47,404 nucleotides of DNA from a virus (taxonomy: Duplodnaviria > Caudoviricetes): positions 1-47,404 of IMG/VR virus record IMGVR_UViG_3300014208_000061; one strand, given 5' to 3'. The notes beneath the pieces were generated by a model. It made no database searches. It was given only the letters and a program-made list of their open reading frames with translations, and was not told the origin of the DNA. Within the stretch, counting starts at the first letter, position 1. Each line of letters starts with the position of its first letter. A program made the position numbers and the translations under genes. Of the stretch, positions 37,735 through 47,403 are shown piece by piece.

Positions 37735-38670
37735 ATGACAATGAATAAATCTCTACGTAATCGTTATGATTCTAAACAATCAACAACCAACTTGAACGAA
37801 AGAATTCAATCAGCAGATAAACATGTCATATACGAAAATCACGTTGCAAATATTTTGCTCGAAGCAATGGACCAAAGGGATCTTGAAAGAGCAACGGAAA
37901 TTATCGACAAATTAAGATCGATGAAGGGAAAAGGATTGCCCAGCCTTGATTCAGGAATCGACAAAGCGATCGCTGATATCAATAAATTCACAGGTGGTGG
38001 AGCATTGACAAATGTTCTGAACAGTTTCAAGGAAAAATTGGGGTTTGATAACCCTCTTGTTAAGTTCATGACATTCGCAAATATGCTTGAAACAGGATTT
38101 TCACAAATTCCGAACATTCTAAAAAATGCCCTGGGCGAAATAAAGCCAGAAATGGGAAGTTCAACGTTAAACGTTCTATTGAAGGATGAAGCTTCATTAA
38201 AAACGCTTCAGGACAATATCTTTAAAGCATTGAGCCCAAGAGGAATTTTCGGTTCATTTAAGAACATACCGTACGTTGATAAAAAAGCCCTAACGATGGA
38301 TATGATGAAAATCCCTCTTAAAAATCTAAATGTCATCGTAAAACAGTCAGCAAGTGGAGCAAAAACAGCTGAAATTGCAAATGATATTGCGTCCACCATA
38401 AAAGGTCAGGGCGACGTCGAAACAAAAGGTTCTGGAACGACGAGCAGCGCAGAACCAACCACAGCATCAAGTTCAGCAAAACCATCCAAAGGATCAGTAA
38501 CCGGAACAACAACAACGAAAGCGGGTGAAACTGTTCAATCGACCCCTGAGGATAGGGTCAAAAGAATCATTTCAAAGGCAGGTCCAACGTTGAAAAAGTT
38601 CGGTATTAAAAACGGTTCAGAACTTATAAGCGATCTTGATAAGTTAGGGATTATCACCGAACCAGAATGA
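37735..38670 (+). CDS. hypothetical protein (possible internal virion protein)
   Basis: 311 aa lone plus-strand ORF; TAATTA/TACTTA upstream; S/T-rich linker near C-terminus. Confidence 0.7.
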   Translation: MTMNKSLRNRYDSKQSTTNLNERIQSADKHVIYENHVANILLEAMDQRDLERATEIIDKLRSMKGKGLPSLDSGIDKAIADINKFTGGGALTNVLNSFKEKLGFDNPLVKFMTFANMLETGFSQIPNILKNALGEIKPEMGSSTLNVLLKDEASLKTLQDNIFKALSPRGIFGSFKNIPYVDKKALTMDMMKIPLKNLNVIVKQSASGAKTAEIANDIASTIKGQGDVETKGSGTTSSAEPTTASSSAKPSKGSVTGTTTTKAGETVQSTPEDRVKRIISKAGPTLKKFGIKNGSELISDLDKLGIITEPE

Positions 38671-39868
38671 CAGCGCCAAGATCGTTCAAAGATCTGATGC
38701 AAGAACGTGAATAAATTTCCGGAGCATGTTTTGTTGTTGCCGGTTTTCCATCGATGAAACCATGATCAACCGTCGCTCTGAACATTCTAAGCGTTAAATC
38801 GATCGCTTGCGTTCTTTCAACGCAACGTCCATCACCCGGTATTCGAATGATAACCTGGTTCGGTTTTAACGCTTTGATTCTTGTATTTAACAATGATCGT
38901 AAATCATCTGTCGTTGATTCATCTCTTTTTGTCATCAATGCGTTTGCATGAATTGCTACATTTTTGTTTGTTGATGAATTTGTGATTGTGATTTGATCAT
39001 GATGAAGCATCAATGATTCAACGATCGTTGAATCAGCAAGCGTTACGTTACTGATCAAATCACCGAGATTACTAGAAATAAGTCGACTTCCAACAACCGT
39101 TGCAATATCATTAAGAATGTTGATCCCTTGAAGATCAAATTTCATCACAACGGGTACTACGATCGCTGTTCTTCTATCGAAATTAACCCTAAGCGTTTGC
39201 AGCACATCATCCGATAATCCTCTACAAAAAAGAACGATCTGCGTTTTATTTTCGTATGATTGTGTCAATAAACGATGCAATTCTGACACCGATTCTATGA
39301 ATCCATCGATGCAGATAACCGACGGTTTGATCAATTTTACATTTTCCGCAAAGTGTACGACAGCATCAAACGTATATCCTGTCATTAGTTCGATCGATAT
39401 TACGTCATTGTTCGTTCTCTCAATTACGATTCTACCTGCAAATCCCGCGAGGTCAATCGCCTCCAACGCAATATCAACACCAACTTCATCGTACGTAATA
39501 CGTTTTTTAACGTATTGACGAAATTCATCGAATGATGGCCAGGTCACGAAATCACTCTGTTTGACGATAGATAAATCATTTCGTGTCGATGCAAGATTAT
39601 CAATCTTGTAGGATAAGATTTTTTCTAATGTATCGTCGAAGCTACCTGGCCCCCAATTTTCCGCTTTTATTGCATAATTGACGCAAAGTTCATGCAGAGC
39701 TTGCGTCAATTTATTTTCAAATTTCAGGCCGAATATTGCTTGAAATCTTGTAACTATCGACAGACCATTCATCGTCGATATCGTTCGTTGTGTTGTTTTG
39801 AGAGATCCAACCGTCGATGATAATTCATTGAACGATCGATCGATGTCTTCGATAAGATTTACAGTCAC
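38654..39868 (-). CDS. divergent GroEL/Cpn60-like protein
   Basis: IALEAIDLAGFAGRIVIE...MTGYTF, IESVSELHRLL, LFCRGLSDDVLQTLRVN, LNDIATVVG match GroEL intermediate/apical domains; no GDGTT. Confidence 0.7.
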   Translation of the reverse strand: MTVNLIEDIDRSFNELSSTVGSLKTTQRTISTMNGLSIVTRFQAIFGLKFENKLTQALHELCVNYAIKAENWGPGSFDDTLEKILSYKIDNLASTRNDLSIVKQSDFVTWPSFDEFRQYVKKRITYDEVGVDIALEAIDLAGFAGRIVIERTNNDVISIELMTGYTFDAVVHFAENVKLIKPSVICIDGFIESVSELHRLLTQSYENKTQIVLFCRGLSDDVLQTLRVNFDRRTAIVVPVVMKFDLQGINILNDIATVVGSRLISSNLGDLISNVTLADSTIVESLMLHHDQITITNSSTNKNVAIHANALMTKRDESTTDDLRSLLNTRIKALKPNQVIIRIPGDGRCVERTQAIDLTLRMFRATVDHGFIDGKPATTKHAPEIYSRSCIRSLNDLGAVILVR

Positions 39869-39891
39869 GATTTGATTGTAACAAAATGTTC

Positions 39892-40455
39892 TTATTTTGT
39901 CATCAAATCATATAACACGGTGAATAATAACGTGATTGCAGCGCCACCGAATGCGGCAAGAAACCATTTTATCACGGAAACAAACATCTTTTTTGTTTTT
40001 TCGAGATCAACGATAGCATCCTTCAAAATTTCAGCCTGTGCTGTTAATTTTTCGAGTTTTTCATTTATTGCAACATTTGTTGAACGTTCTTGAATGCCGC
40101 TATTTTCAGTTGATGATCGCCACATCTTTAACTCAATAACGTCCTTTTCAAGCACTTCAATCGACTGTGGTTTTACACTTTCGATCATCTTAATTCTACT
40201 GTAGACCCCCTCGTCAGGATTGTACAATGCTTCATGAACCTGATCAAGTGTTTTATGAATATTTTCGACATTGATAACTAACGTATCGAAACTACCATTC
40301 ATAACAGGTGAGGCAAGAATTTTTTTCTGAACATCATTAAGAAGTTCTTGGTTCGCCTCAAGTGCAGAAATAGCCCTTTCCTCCGTCGATTTAATACGAA
40401 TTTGATCGTTCTTTCGAACGATTGCGGATGATTTTTTTCTCTTAATTCCACTCAT
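39892..40455 (-). CDS. coiled-coil protein with C-terminal transmembrane helix
   Basis: Hydrophobic WFLAAFGGAAITLLFTVLY at C-terminus. Confidence 0.65.
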   Translation of the reverse strand: MSGIKRKKSSAIVRKNDQIRIKSTEERAISALEANQELLNDVQKKILASPVMNGSFDTLVINVENIHKTLDQVHEALYNPDEGVYSRIKMIESVKPQSIEVLEKDVIELKMWRSSTENSGIQERSTNVAINEKLEKLTAQAEILKDAIVDLEKTKKMFVSVIKWFLAAFGGAAITLLFTVLYDLMTK

Positions 40456-40522
40456 CGCATTCCTACACGAAATTATGTATTCATTCAACAAAGAAGTTAA
40501 TCCGATAACATAAATTCTCGCC

Positions 40523-40641
40523 CGTCGCGACGATCTAGAGAGATCTAGATCTTTAGATCTAGAGATCTCTAGATAAATTTCTATTAGAACAGTATGATCG
40601 AATTTCGCTAAATAAGAAATTAGCTTAAATCGAATTTCGAT
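40523..40641. repeat. palindrome/AGATCT-TCTAGA repeat cluster in divergent intergenic region
   Basis: CGTCGCGACG (40523-32), AGATCTAGATCT (40541-52), ATCTAGAGATCTCTAGAT (40557-74), ATCGAATTTCG twice. Confidence 0.8.
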
Positions 40642-40713
40642 AGCACGCAGAGATTTTTCGAAGATGAAAAACTTCTTGTAAACTTACGAATGTTTGTGTT
40701 TACAATCAAGTGT

Positions 40714-42636
40714 ATGACCGTCTTTGGAAGAAGCGTTTTCGATAAAAAAACAACCCATCTAATCCCCCAGGATTCTCAGGTTGTTTTTGTTTCAGATCTT
40801 TTTGTTGAAGATTATGTCGGTGGCGCTGAACTTACGACACAAGCATTGATTGACGAATCGCCCTATTTAGTGCACAAAATTCATTCAAGGGACGTAACGT
40901 TAGAAACGCTTGAAAGTGGCGCATCCAAATTTTGGATCTTCGGGAATTTTTCCCAATTAAACCCCCAGCTGATTCCAACGATCATTGGGAATCTAAAATA
41001 CAGCATTTTAGAATACGATTTCAAATTTTGTAAGCACCGTTCGCCAGAAAAACACGAGGCAATCGAAGGTATTCCTTGCAATTGTCATGATCAACTTCAT
41101 GGAAAATTGATATCAGCATTTTATCATGGTTCGAAAGGAATGTGGTGGATGTCTGAGAAACAAAAGGACGTTTACACGAATAGATTTCCTTTCCTTCTCG
41201 AAGGAAATAACACCGTCCTTTCCAGCGTTTTTGATAAGAGGACGCTAGGCTTTTTGAAACATCAACGTTTAACATCTACAAAGAATGAAACGTGGATCGT
41301 CCTTGGATCAACGTCATGGGTGAAAGGTCTGGAAGCTGCTAAAAAATGGTGTGAGGATGAAGGCATACAGTACGAAGTCGTCTGGAACATTCCATATGAA
41401 CAGTTACTAACAAAACTAGCTCAATCGGAAGGATTTGTTTATCTACCTGCAGGTGGTGATACGTGTCCACGTATGGTTATTGAGGCAAAGCTTCTTGGAT
41501 GTGAACTTCATGTGAATGAGAATGTTCTACACAAGGACGAGGATTGGTTTGCAACGGATGATATCGATTCAATAAGCGACTATCTTTTTACATCGCCCAA
41601 AGTATTCTGGAACGGGATCAAGGCAATGATCGATCAGAAACCGACGATAAGTGGGTACATAACAACGTACAATTGTGTCAAGCAGAATTATCCGTTCGAA
41701 CAAAGCATCAAATCGATGCTTGAATTTTGTGACGAAGTATGTGTTGTTGATGGTGGCTCATCTGATGAAACATACGATCTATTAGCGATGTGGGCTCTAA
41801 AAGAGCCAAAACTCGTGATTAGACGGATAAAACGGGATTGGAATAATCCACGCTCCGCTGTTTTTGACGGTTTGCAGAAGGCCGAAGCTCGAGCGATGTG
41901 CACGAAGGAATTCTGTTGGCAGATGGATTCAGATGAAATTGTGCATGAAGATGACGGAAAAAAAATCATCGATCTATGCGCAAACATGCCGTCAACGATC
42001 AACTTAGTTTCGCTACCGGTGGTCGAATATTGGGGAGGTTCTGATAAAGTTCGTTGTGATGTTACGCCATGGAAGTGGAGATTAAGTAGAAATCTTTCAA
42101 ACATCACGCATGGAATTCCGATCCATCTAAGGAGGATCGATCAATTGGGCAACACGTATTCTGCACTAGGATCAGACGGCTGTGATCTAATCGATAAAAA
42201 CACCGGTCATGCAATCGAACATATCACGTTCTACACGCCAGACGCTGATGCAGCCAGACAACGAGCACTGTCTGGTGATGTCGAAGCGCTTAAACAGTAC
42301 GAAGGTTGGTTTAATGATGCAATTTCTCAATTGCCTTCAGTATTTCATTACAGTTGGTTCAATATTGAGAGAAAAATTCATTTGTATAAGAACTTTTGGG
42401 GTCGGCATTGGTCGTCACTTTATTCACCTGATCCATCAAAAGTCACAGACGTCAATATGATGTTCGATGTTCCGTGGAGCGAAGTTACGGATGAAATGAT
42501 TGCCGCGAAGGCAGAAGAATTGAAAAACAACACAGGCGGTCATGTATGGCATTCAAAATGGACGGGGCAAAAAACGCCGTGGCTGACCGTGAACAGATCT
42601 CAACCTAGATTTATGAACGAAGAGGTAAACAAATGA
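40714..42636 (+). CDS. two-domain glycosyltransferase (GT-B/GT4-like + GT-A/GT2)
   Basis: DTCPRMVIEAKLLGC (GT-B acceptor/donor motif); ISGYITTYN...VCVVDGGSSDET...WQMDSDE (GT2 DxD). Confidence 0.85.
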   Translation: MTVFGRSVFDKKTTHLIPQDSQVVFVSDLFVEDYVGGAELTTQALIDESPYLVHKIHSRDVTLETLESGASKFWIFGNFSQLNPQLIPTIIGNLKYSILEYDFKFCKHRSPEKHEAIEGIPCNCHDQLHGKLISAFYHGSKGMWWMSEKQKDVYTNRFPFLLEGNNTVLSSVFDKRTLGFLKHQRLTSTKNETWIVLGSTSWVKGLEAAKKWCEDEGIQYEVVWNIPYEQLLTKLAQSEGFVYLPAGGDTCPRMVIEAKLLGCELHVNENVLHKDEDWFATDDIDSISDYLFTSPKVFWNGIKAMIDQKPTISGYITTYNCVKQNYPFEQSIKSMLEFCDEVCVVDGGSSDETYDLLAMWALKEPKLVIRRIKRDWNNPRSAVFDGLQKAEARAMCTKEFCWQMDSDEIVHEDDGKKIIDLCANMPSTINLVSLPVVEYWGGSDKVRCDVTPWKWRLSRNLSNITHGIPIHLRRIDQLGNTYSALGSDGCDLIDKNTGHAIEHITFYTPDADAARQRALSGDVEALKQYEGWFNDAISQLPSVFHYSWFNIERKIHLYKNFWGRHWSSLYSPDPSKVTDVNMMFDVPWSEVTDEMIAAKAEELKNNTGGHVWHSKWTGQKTPWLTVNRSQPRFMNEEVNK

Positions 42637-42806
42637 ATGATATCAAGAACGTAATTGAAGTTTTAATGAAGCAGTTTCCTTCGCCATCGAATTCGTGGAC
42701 AATATCCCTTGGAACACCGGACTTGGATCCGGCAACATTCACAGTAAGTAGGGAGATAAAGATTAACGATCAAACCACAAAAATTGATGTGACACCAACG
42801 GTATGA
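42633..42806 (+). CDS. 57-aa hypothetical protein (not in ORF track)
   Basis: MNDIKNVIEVLMKQFPSP...VTPTV; GAGGT RBS; ATGA overlaps at both ends. Confidence 0.65.
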   Translation: MNDIKNVIEVLMKQFPSPSNSWTISLGTPDLDPATFTVSREIKINDQTTKIDVTPTV

Positions 42807-43543
42807 AAACACTTTACATCAAAGAAAAATTAGCACAATTAGATATCAAAGTTGATGACCTGATCTTGGGCGATTTTGATGTTTTAGGCGATATATGCGC
42901 AAAACGTTCGCGTCGAAGTGATGATCCGAATTACAAAAAATACGGAGCATTCTATAGAAGCAATTACGAACGAGGAATCTTAATCTATCAGCTTATCAAA
43001 AAATTTGAATGTTCATCATTCCTAGAAATCGGCTTCGGTCGTGGGTATAGCACTCTTTGTGCAGCAAAGGCATTTCATGATCTTGGAATCAAAGGTCGAG
43101 TTTTTACTGTTGATGTTGAATTTGATGAACAATTCATCGGTGCATTACAACAAGTCTTTCCAAAGGAGTGGTTTTCATGCATTGAATTTGCGAAAGGTCC
43201 GTCAAATAAAATTCTTCCGATGGTGAATGACAAATTTGATTTTGTCTATATCGATGGAGATCATTCGTACGAAGGAACAAAATCAGATTGGGAACAGACC
43301 AAAAATAAGTGTAACAAGTTCATTCTTATGGATGATTATCACCTTCCTGAGAAATTCGATCCCGGTATCAAGTGTAGGGAGGCAATAGACGAAATCAATT
43401 GGTTAGCGGATGATTTTAATGAACCCGAATTGATCATAATGGATCGTAGAATATTTAAGGACGACAAGGAAGTACCTGACGATCAACTTAAGTACGGTCA
43501 GGTATTGTTTACAAAACAGTCGGTTACGAATGATGAATGGTGA
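42803..43543 (+). CDS. class I SAM-dependent methyltransferase (Methyltransf_24-like)
   Basis: LEIGFGRGYST, FDFVYIDGDHSYEG, ILMDDY. Confidence 0.87.
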   Translation: MKTLYIKEKLAQLDIKVDDLILGDFDVLGDICAKRSRRSDDPNYKKYGAFYRSNYERGILIYQLIKKFECSSFLEIGFGRGYSTLCAAKAFHDLGIKGRVFTVDVEFDEQFIGALQQVFPKEWFSCIEFAKGPSNKILPMVNDKFDFVYIDGDHSYEGTKSDWEQTKNKCNKFILMDDYHLPEKFDPGIKCREAIDEINWLADDFNEPELIIMDRRIFKDDKEVPDDQLKYGQVLFTKQSVTNDEW

Positions 43544-44303
43544 TAATCACTTCACGTTTATTGTGCCGATGTTCAATGCATCGAGCACGCTTCCAACGAT
43601 GCTGCACAGCATATGCGGACAATCGTACGACAACTGGAGGATTATTCTGATTGATGATGTTTCCACAAAGGAACACATTGATTTAGCTGAGCAGATTTGC
43701 ACACAATTTCAATGCATGCTTGGCGGAAGGTACTCAGATAAGATTGATCTCATTCTTAACGAATCAAAGAAGTGGGAGGTTGCAAACGTACTGAGCGGCA
43801 TTAAGCGGTGCAACGATGATGACATCGTATGTAGGATTGATGCGGATGATTGGTTGACTGACATAGATGCGTTAGCAATCCTTGATTCAATCTATGCTCA
43901 GTCGGGATGCGACGCGGTCTGGTCGTCACATAGATGGGGTTTCACTGACAAGAATATCAGCGGACCGATGAATTATGACGCAGATCCATATAAACATCCA
44001 TGGGTGTCAAGTCATCTAAAAACGTTCAGAAAACGATTGATCAATGGTGTACCATATGAAAATTTTCTGAACATGGATGGTGAGCTAGTACGACGTGCTG
44101 GTGATCAGGCGATTTATTTACCTGTCTTACGCAACGCAAAAAAGTTTGGATTTCTACCTCGCGTTCTTTATCATTACACAATTGATGAGCAGAATGGTGC
44201 AGTATACCAAACTGATGATGCAAAGTTTCAGAAACAAGAAGCAGATTTCATTAGAGCTCGCGGCTACGTAACAAATGGTTCTGCATGGGAAGGGTGCATA
44301 TGA
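43530..44303 (+). CDS. GT2 glycosyltransferase
   Basis: FIVPMFN, QSYDNWRIILIDDVS, RIDADDW. Confidence 0.87.
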   Translation: MMNGDNHFTFIVPMFNASSTLPTMLHSICGQSYDNWRIILIDDVSTKEHIDLAEQICTQFQCMLGGRYSDKIDLILNESKKWEVANVLSGIKRCNDDDIVCRIDADDWLTDIDALAILDSIYAQSGCDAVWSSHRWGFTDKNISGPMNYDADPYKHPWVSSHLKTFRKRLINGVPYENFLNMDGELVRRAGDQAIYLPVLRNAKKFGFLPRVLYHYTIDEQNGAVYQTDDAKFQKQEADFIRARGYVTNGSAWEGCI

Positions 44304-44491
44304 AACGTACTATCGGCGAAACTCGTGAATTTAATTTCATAGGTGATCCACCTCGTGGGCACATATATGTGTGGGATTCGATAAAAGAAAAAGGTGTGCT
44401 TGTTGAAGTTACCAACGTATACAACGTAAAATCAATTGATCACAAGCGTAAGGTTGCAATCTGCACACTACTGAAAATCATTAAACGATGA
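44300..44491 (+). CDS. small hypothetical protein
   Basis: ATGA overlaps on both sides. Confidence 0.55.
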   Translation: MKRTIGETREFNFIGDPPRGHIYVWDSIKEKGVLVEVTNVYNVKSIDHKRKVAICTLLKIIKR

Positions 44492-45399
44492 AAATTTACA
44501 TTAATCGAAATTCTGTAGTCGGTCCTTGGGGTGGTGGTGCACATTGGATCAATGCAATGCATGAACTAACACCCAAATTTGGACATTCTATTTGTGATCT
44601 AGAAAATGAACCCAATATTCTTTTGGCAGCAGGAATAGATCCTGATCAACAGAAAATGTCAGCAAACACTTGTTTGCATTACAAATGGAACGAAGCGCGT
44701 CACGGTAAAAAGGTGAAAGTTTTTCTACGTGTTAACGACAATGACGCAAGAAAAGGAACTAATGGTGTCGATGCTGAACTAATCAGATTATCTGAATTTG
44801 TTGATGGCACGATTTTTGTATCGGAATGGTTGAAGGACTACTTCGACGAAAAAGGTTGGAAGTGTAAGAATAACACCGTCATTGTCAATGGTGTCGACAA
44901 GGAAATCTTCAAACCTGGGATGAAGATGAATAATGGACGATTGAACATCGTTGCTCATCATTGGTCAAATAATCCTATGAAAGGATTCGATATTTACGAT
45001 GCACTCGATGAATGGGTTGGCAAGAATCCAGACGTAACGTTTACTTACGTGGGTCGTGAAAGAGGAACGTTTAAAAATTCGACGGTTGTTCCTCCTTTAT
45101 CAGGGAAAAAATTGGGTGACGAATTGTCAAAGCACGATCTATACGTTTCAGCATCTAGACATGACCCAGGGCCCAATCACGTAATTGAATCAATTTCATG
45201 TGGATTACCAACGTATGTTCATGTTGACGGAGGTGGAGCTGTCGAATTTGCCGGTTCCGAGCATTCATTTTCAACATTTGAAGAATTTATTTCCGTGATC
45301 GAAAGGGCGAAAAAGGGAATGTTTACGTTCAACACAACAACGTTTAATGATTGGAAACATTGTGTTGAAAAGTTTGTACGATTCATGGATGCAGGGTGA
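44488..45399 (+). CDS. GT4-like glycosyltransferase
   Basis: PWGGG, IFVSEWLK, VIVNGVD, KGFD, DPGPNHVIESISCGLP. Confidence 0.85.
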   Translation: MKIYINRNSVVGPWGGGAHWINAMHELTPKFGHSICDLENEPNILLAAGIDPDQQKMSANTCLHYKWNEARHGKKVKVFLRVNDNDARKGTNGVDAELIRLSEFVDGTIFVSEWLKDYFDEKGWKCKNNTVIVNGVDKEIFKPGMKMNNGRLNIVAHHWSNNPMKGFDIYDALDEWVGKNPDVTFTYVGRERGTFKNSTVVPPLSGKKLGDELSKHDLYVSASRHDPGPNHVIESISCGLPTYVHVDGGGAVEFAGSEHSFSTFEEFISVIERAKKGMFTFNTTTFNDWKHCVEKFVRFMDAG

Positions 45400-45793
45400 T
45401 AGATTTTATTTGTTGTTAGCGCAACGTCTGAATGATCGTTTGAAAAAGTTCAATTTTGATGAATTAACGCCTGAAGCACTAGCAAGTGTCAGAACAGAAA
45501 TTTATCAAACAATTGATGAACTTTTTATGAAAAGTAAGCAGAATAAACTTTCAAAAAAAGCGATAACCTGGTTAACGAACCAGTATTTCAAACAAACAAA
45601 ATGGTCAGATAACGGTACCATCATCAATGATCTTGTCGTTGTGAACAATTTCAAATTATCAGATTTGTCGAATGATGATATTGTTCTATTGACATCATTG
45701 TACAGTGGAACGTTGTTATCGACACAGTTAGAGGCAGAACTTAATTTAAGACAGGACCAAATCGAAAATGAGCGAAAAGCAAAACTTCAATGA
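45389..45793 (+). CDS. hypothetical protein, paralog of 45768..46142
   Basis: ORF 45347..45793; shared motifs with next gene. Confidence 0.6.
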   Translation: MQGDRFYLLLAQRLNDRLKKFNFDELTPEALASVRTEIYQTIDELFMKSKQNKLSKKAITWLTNQYFKQTKWSDNGTIINDLVVVNNFKLSDLSNDDIVLLTSLYSGTLLSTQLEAELNLRQDQIENERKAKLQ

Positions 45794-46142
45794 TTCCGTG
45801 ATGAAACTTTTGGAAACCAAGTTAAAGGTTTTCATCGAGGATAATTCTGCTTCATTGAACAAAGAAACGTGCGTCAAAATATACGTGGTAGTGTTCGATG
45901 CGCTGGTTGAACTCTTCCAGAAATCAAACGTCACGTTAACGAACGAAGCCATGAATTACGTGGCACAAATGTACTACGATTCAATTTCTATCAACAAGGG
46001 ACAGGAATTAGATCCGAACATTTTTGATCAAAGGGCGAAATTAGAAAATATTGATACCAAAGAATTAGCATTTCTTGCAACGATGTACCGTGGAACTGAT
46101 TACGTGTATCCTTTTGTTCTAGAAATTAAGAAACGATCATGA
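45768..46142 (+). CDS. hypothetical protein
   Basis: 124 aa, AGGA RBS, ATGA overlap with next gene. Confidence 0.68.
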   Translation: MSEKQNFNDSVMKLLETKLKVFIEDNSASLNKETCVKIYVVVFDALVELFQKSNVTLTNEAMNYVAQMYYDSISINKGQELDPNIFDQRAKLENIDTKELAFLATMYRGTDYVYPFVLEIKKRS

Positions 46143-47050
46143 TCATTCAATTCGATGGTGTGAATTGGAATTCATCATCAGGTCCAAACTCATTTGCTAA
46201 TCGTCTTGCACGGGCGTTATTTGAACGAGGGCATGAAATTTCGTTGGATGCATTGAATGCCGACGTATCGTTAGTTTTCATTGAACGAACTGGTGTTCCG
46301 TTAGCAAACAGAATCGTCCAAAGATTGGATGGAATTTGGTTTTCACCTGATGAATTTCTAACAAAAAACGTTGGGATAAAATCACTGTATGAAAAAGCTG
46401 ACGCGATTATTTGGCAATCAGAATTTGACAAAACGATGACAACGAAATGGTGGGGTGATAGAAATGGTTCTGTTATCCACAATGGGATTAAGAAAAGTCC
46501 CATAACGTCTTTCACATTTCCTGCATTGGAACAAATTAGATCCAAATATGACAAGGTGTTCGTTTCTAGCGCTTTCTGGCATCCCCAAAAAAGATTGAAA
46601 ACAAACACCGAATTGTTCTTAAAACTAAGAAAATTCTATCCCAATAGTTGCTATATTGTGATGGGATCACAACCTGATTACGTGATTGCAGATCCTCATA
46701 TTTTTTACACAGGTGTAGTACCGTCGGACGTTTATATGCAAATTTATTCAATGGCGGATTGGATGATTCATCTTGCATACTGCGATCATTGCCCAAATGT
46801 TGTCATCGAATCTCTATCACAAGAAACACCTGTAATATGTTCAAGTGCAGGAGGAACAAAGGAAATTGTCGGTAAATTTGGGTTGATCGTTAATGAGTCA
46901 TATGATTATGATTTAACACATTACGATTCACCGCCCGACATTGACTTGAGTGAATTCACCGCACTTCCAGAAAAAAGTGCGCTTGAAAAGAATTTCGACG
47001 TATCGATTGATAGGTGTGTTGATGAGTATTTGAAGGTGTTAGCAGCATGA
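46139..47050 (+). CDS. GT4-like glycosyltransferase
   Basis: SGPNSF, IIWQSEF, VIHNG, DHCPNVVIESLS...GGTKEIV. Confidence 0.85.
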   Translation: MIIQFDGVNWNSSSGPNSFANRLARALFERGHEISLDALNADVSLVFIERTGVPLANRIVQRLDGIWFSPDEFLTKNVGIKSLYEKADAIIWQSEFDKTMTTKWWGDRNGSVIHNGIKKSPITSFTFPALEQIRSKYDKVFVSSAFWHPQKRLKTNTELFLKLRKFYPNSCYIVMGSQPDYVIADPHIFYTGVVPSDVYMQIYSMADWMIHLAYCDHCPNVVIESLSQETPVICSSAGGTKEIVGKFGLIVNESYDYDLTHYDSPPDIDLSEFTALPEKSALEKNFDVSIDRCVDEYLKVLAA

Positions 47051-47403
47051 ACAAAGTTTGGGTATTACCGGCAAATGAATCATGGATATGTGATAGATTC
47101 GTATCCGAATGGTCGGAAGATAACGCTGACATAACAACGAGCGATTACACCCAAGCAGACGTATTGTGGTTACTGTCAGATTGGGCCTGGAAACAGGTCC
47201 CTTCAAAATTACTCGTTGACAAGAAGATCATCACGACGGTTCATCACATAGTTCCAGAAAAATTTGATCTGAATGCTCAGGTAGATTTTGCACATCGTGA
47301 TCAGATAACAGATGTTTACCACGTATACAATCAAAGAACGTATGAACAAATTAAAGCATTAACGCAAAAACCTATCGTGATGATACAATATTGGGCAAAT
47401 AAC
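47047..47403 (+). CDS. probable glycosyltransferase, 5' part (runs off window)
   Basis: ATGA overlap; open frame MNKVWVLPANESWICDRF...KKIITTVHHIVPEKF to edge, GT4-like N-terminal domain by context. Confidence 0.6.
   Translation, partial: MNKVWVLPANESWICDRFVSEWSEDNADITTSDYTQADVLWLLSDWAWKQVPSKLLVDKKIITTVHHIVPEKFDLNAQVDFAHRDQITDVYHVYNQRTYEQIKALTQKPIVMIQYWANN

Noticed and set aside
40523-40641. CRISPR array or tRNA
   Set aside because: Repeats are short, nested and lack unique spacers; no cloverleaf or T-loop motif.
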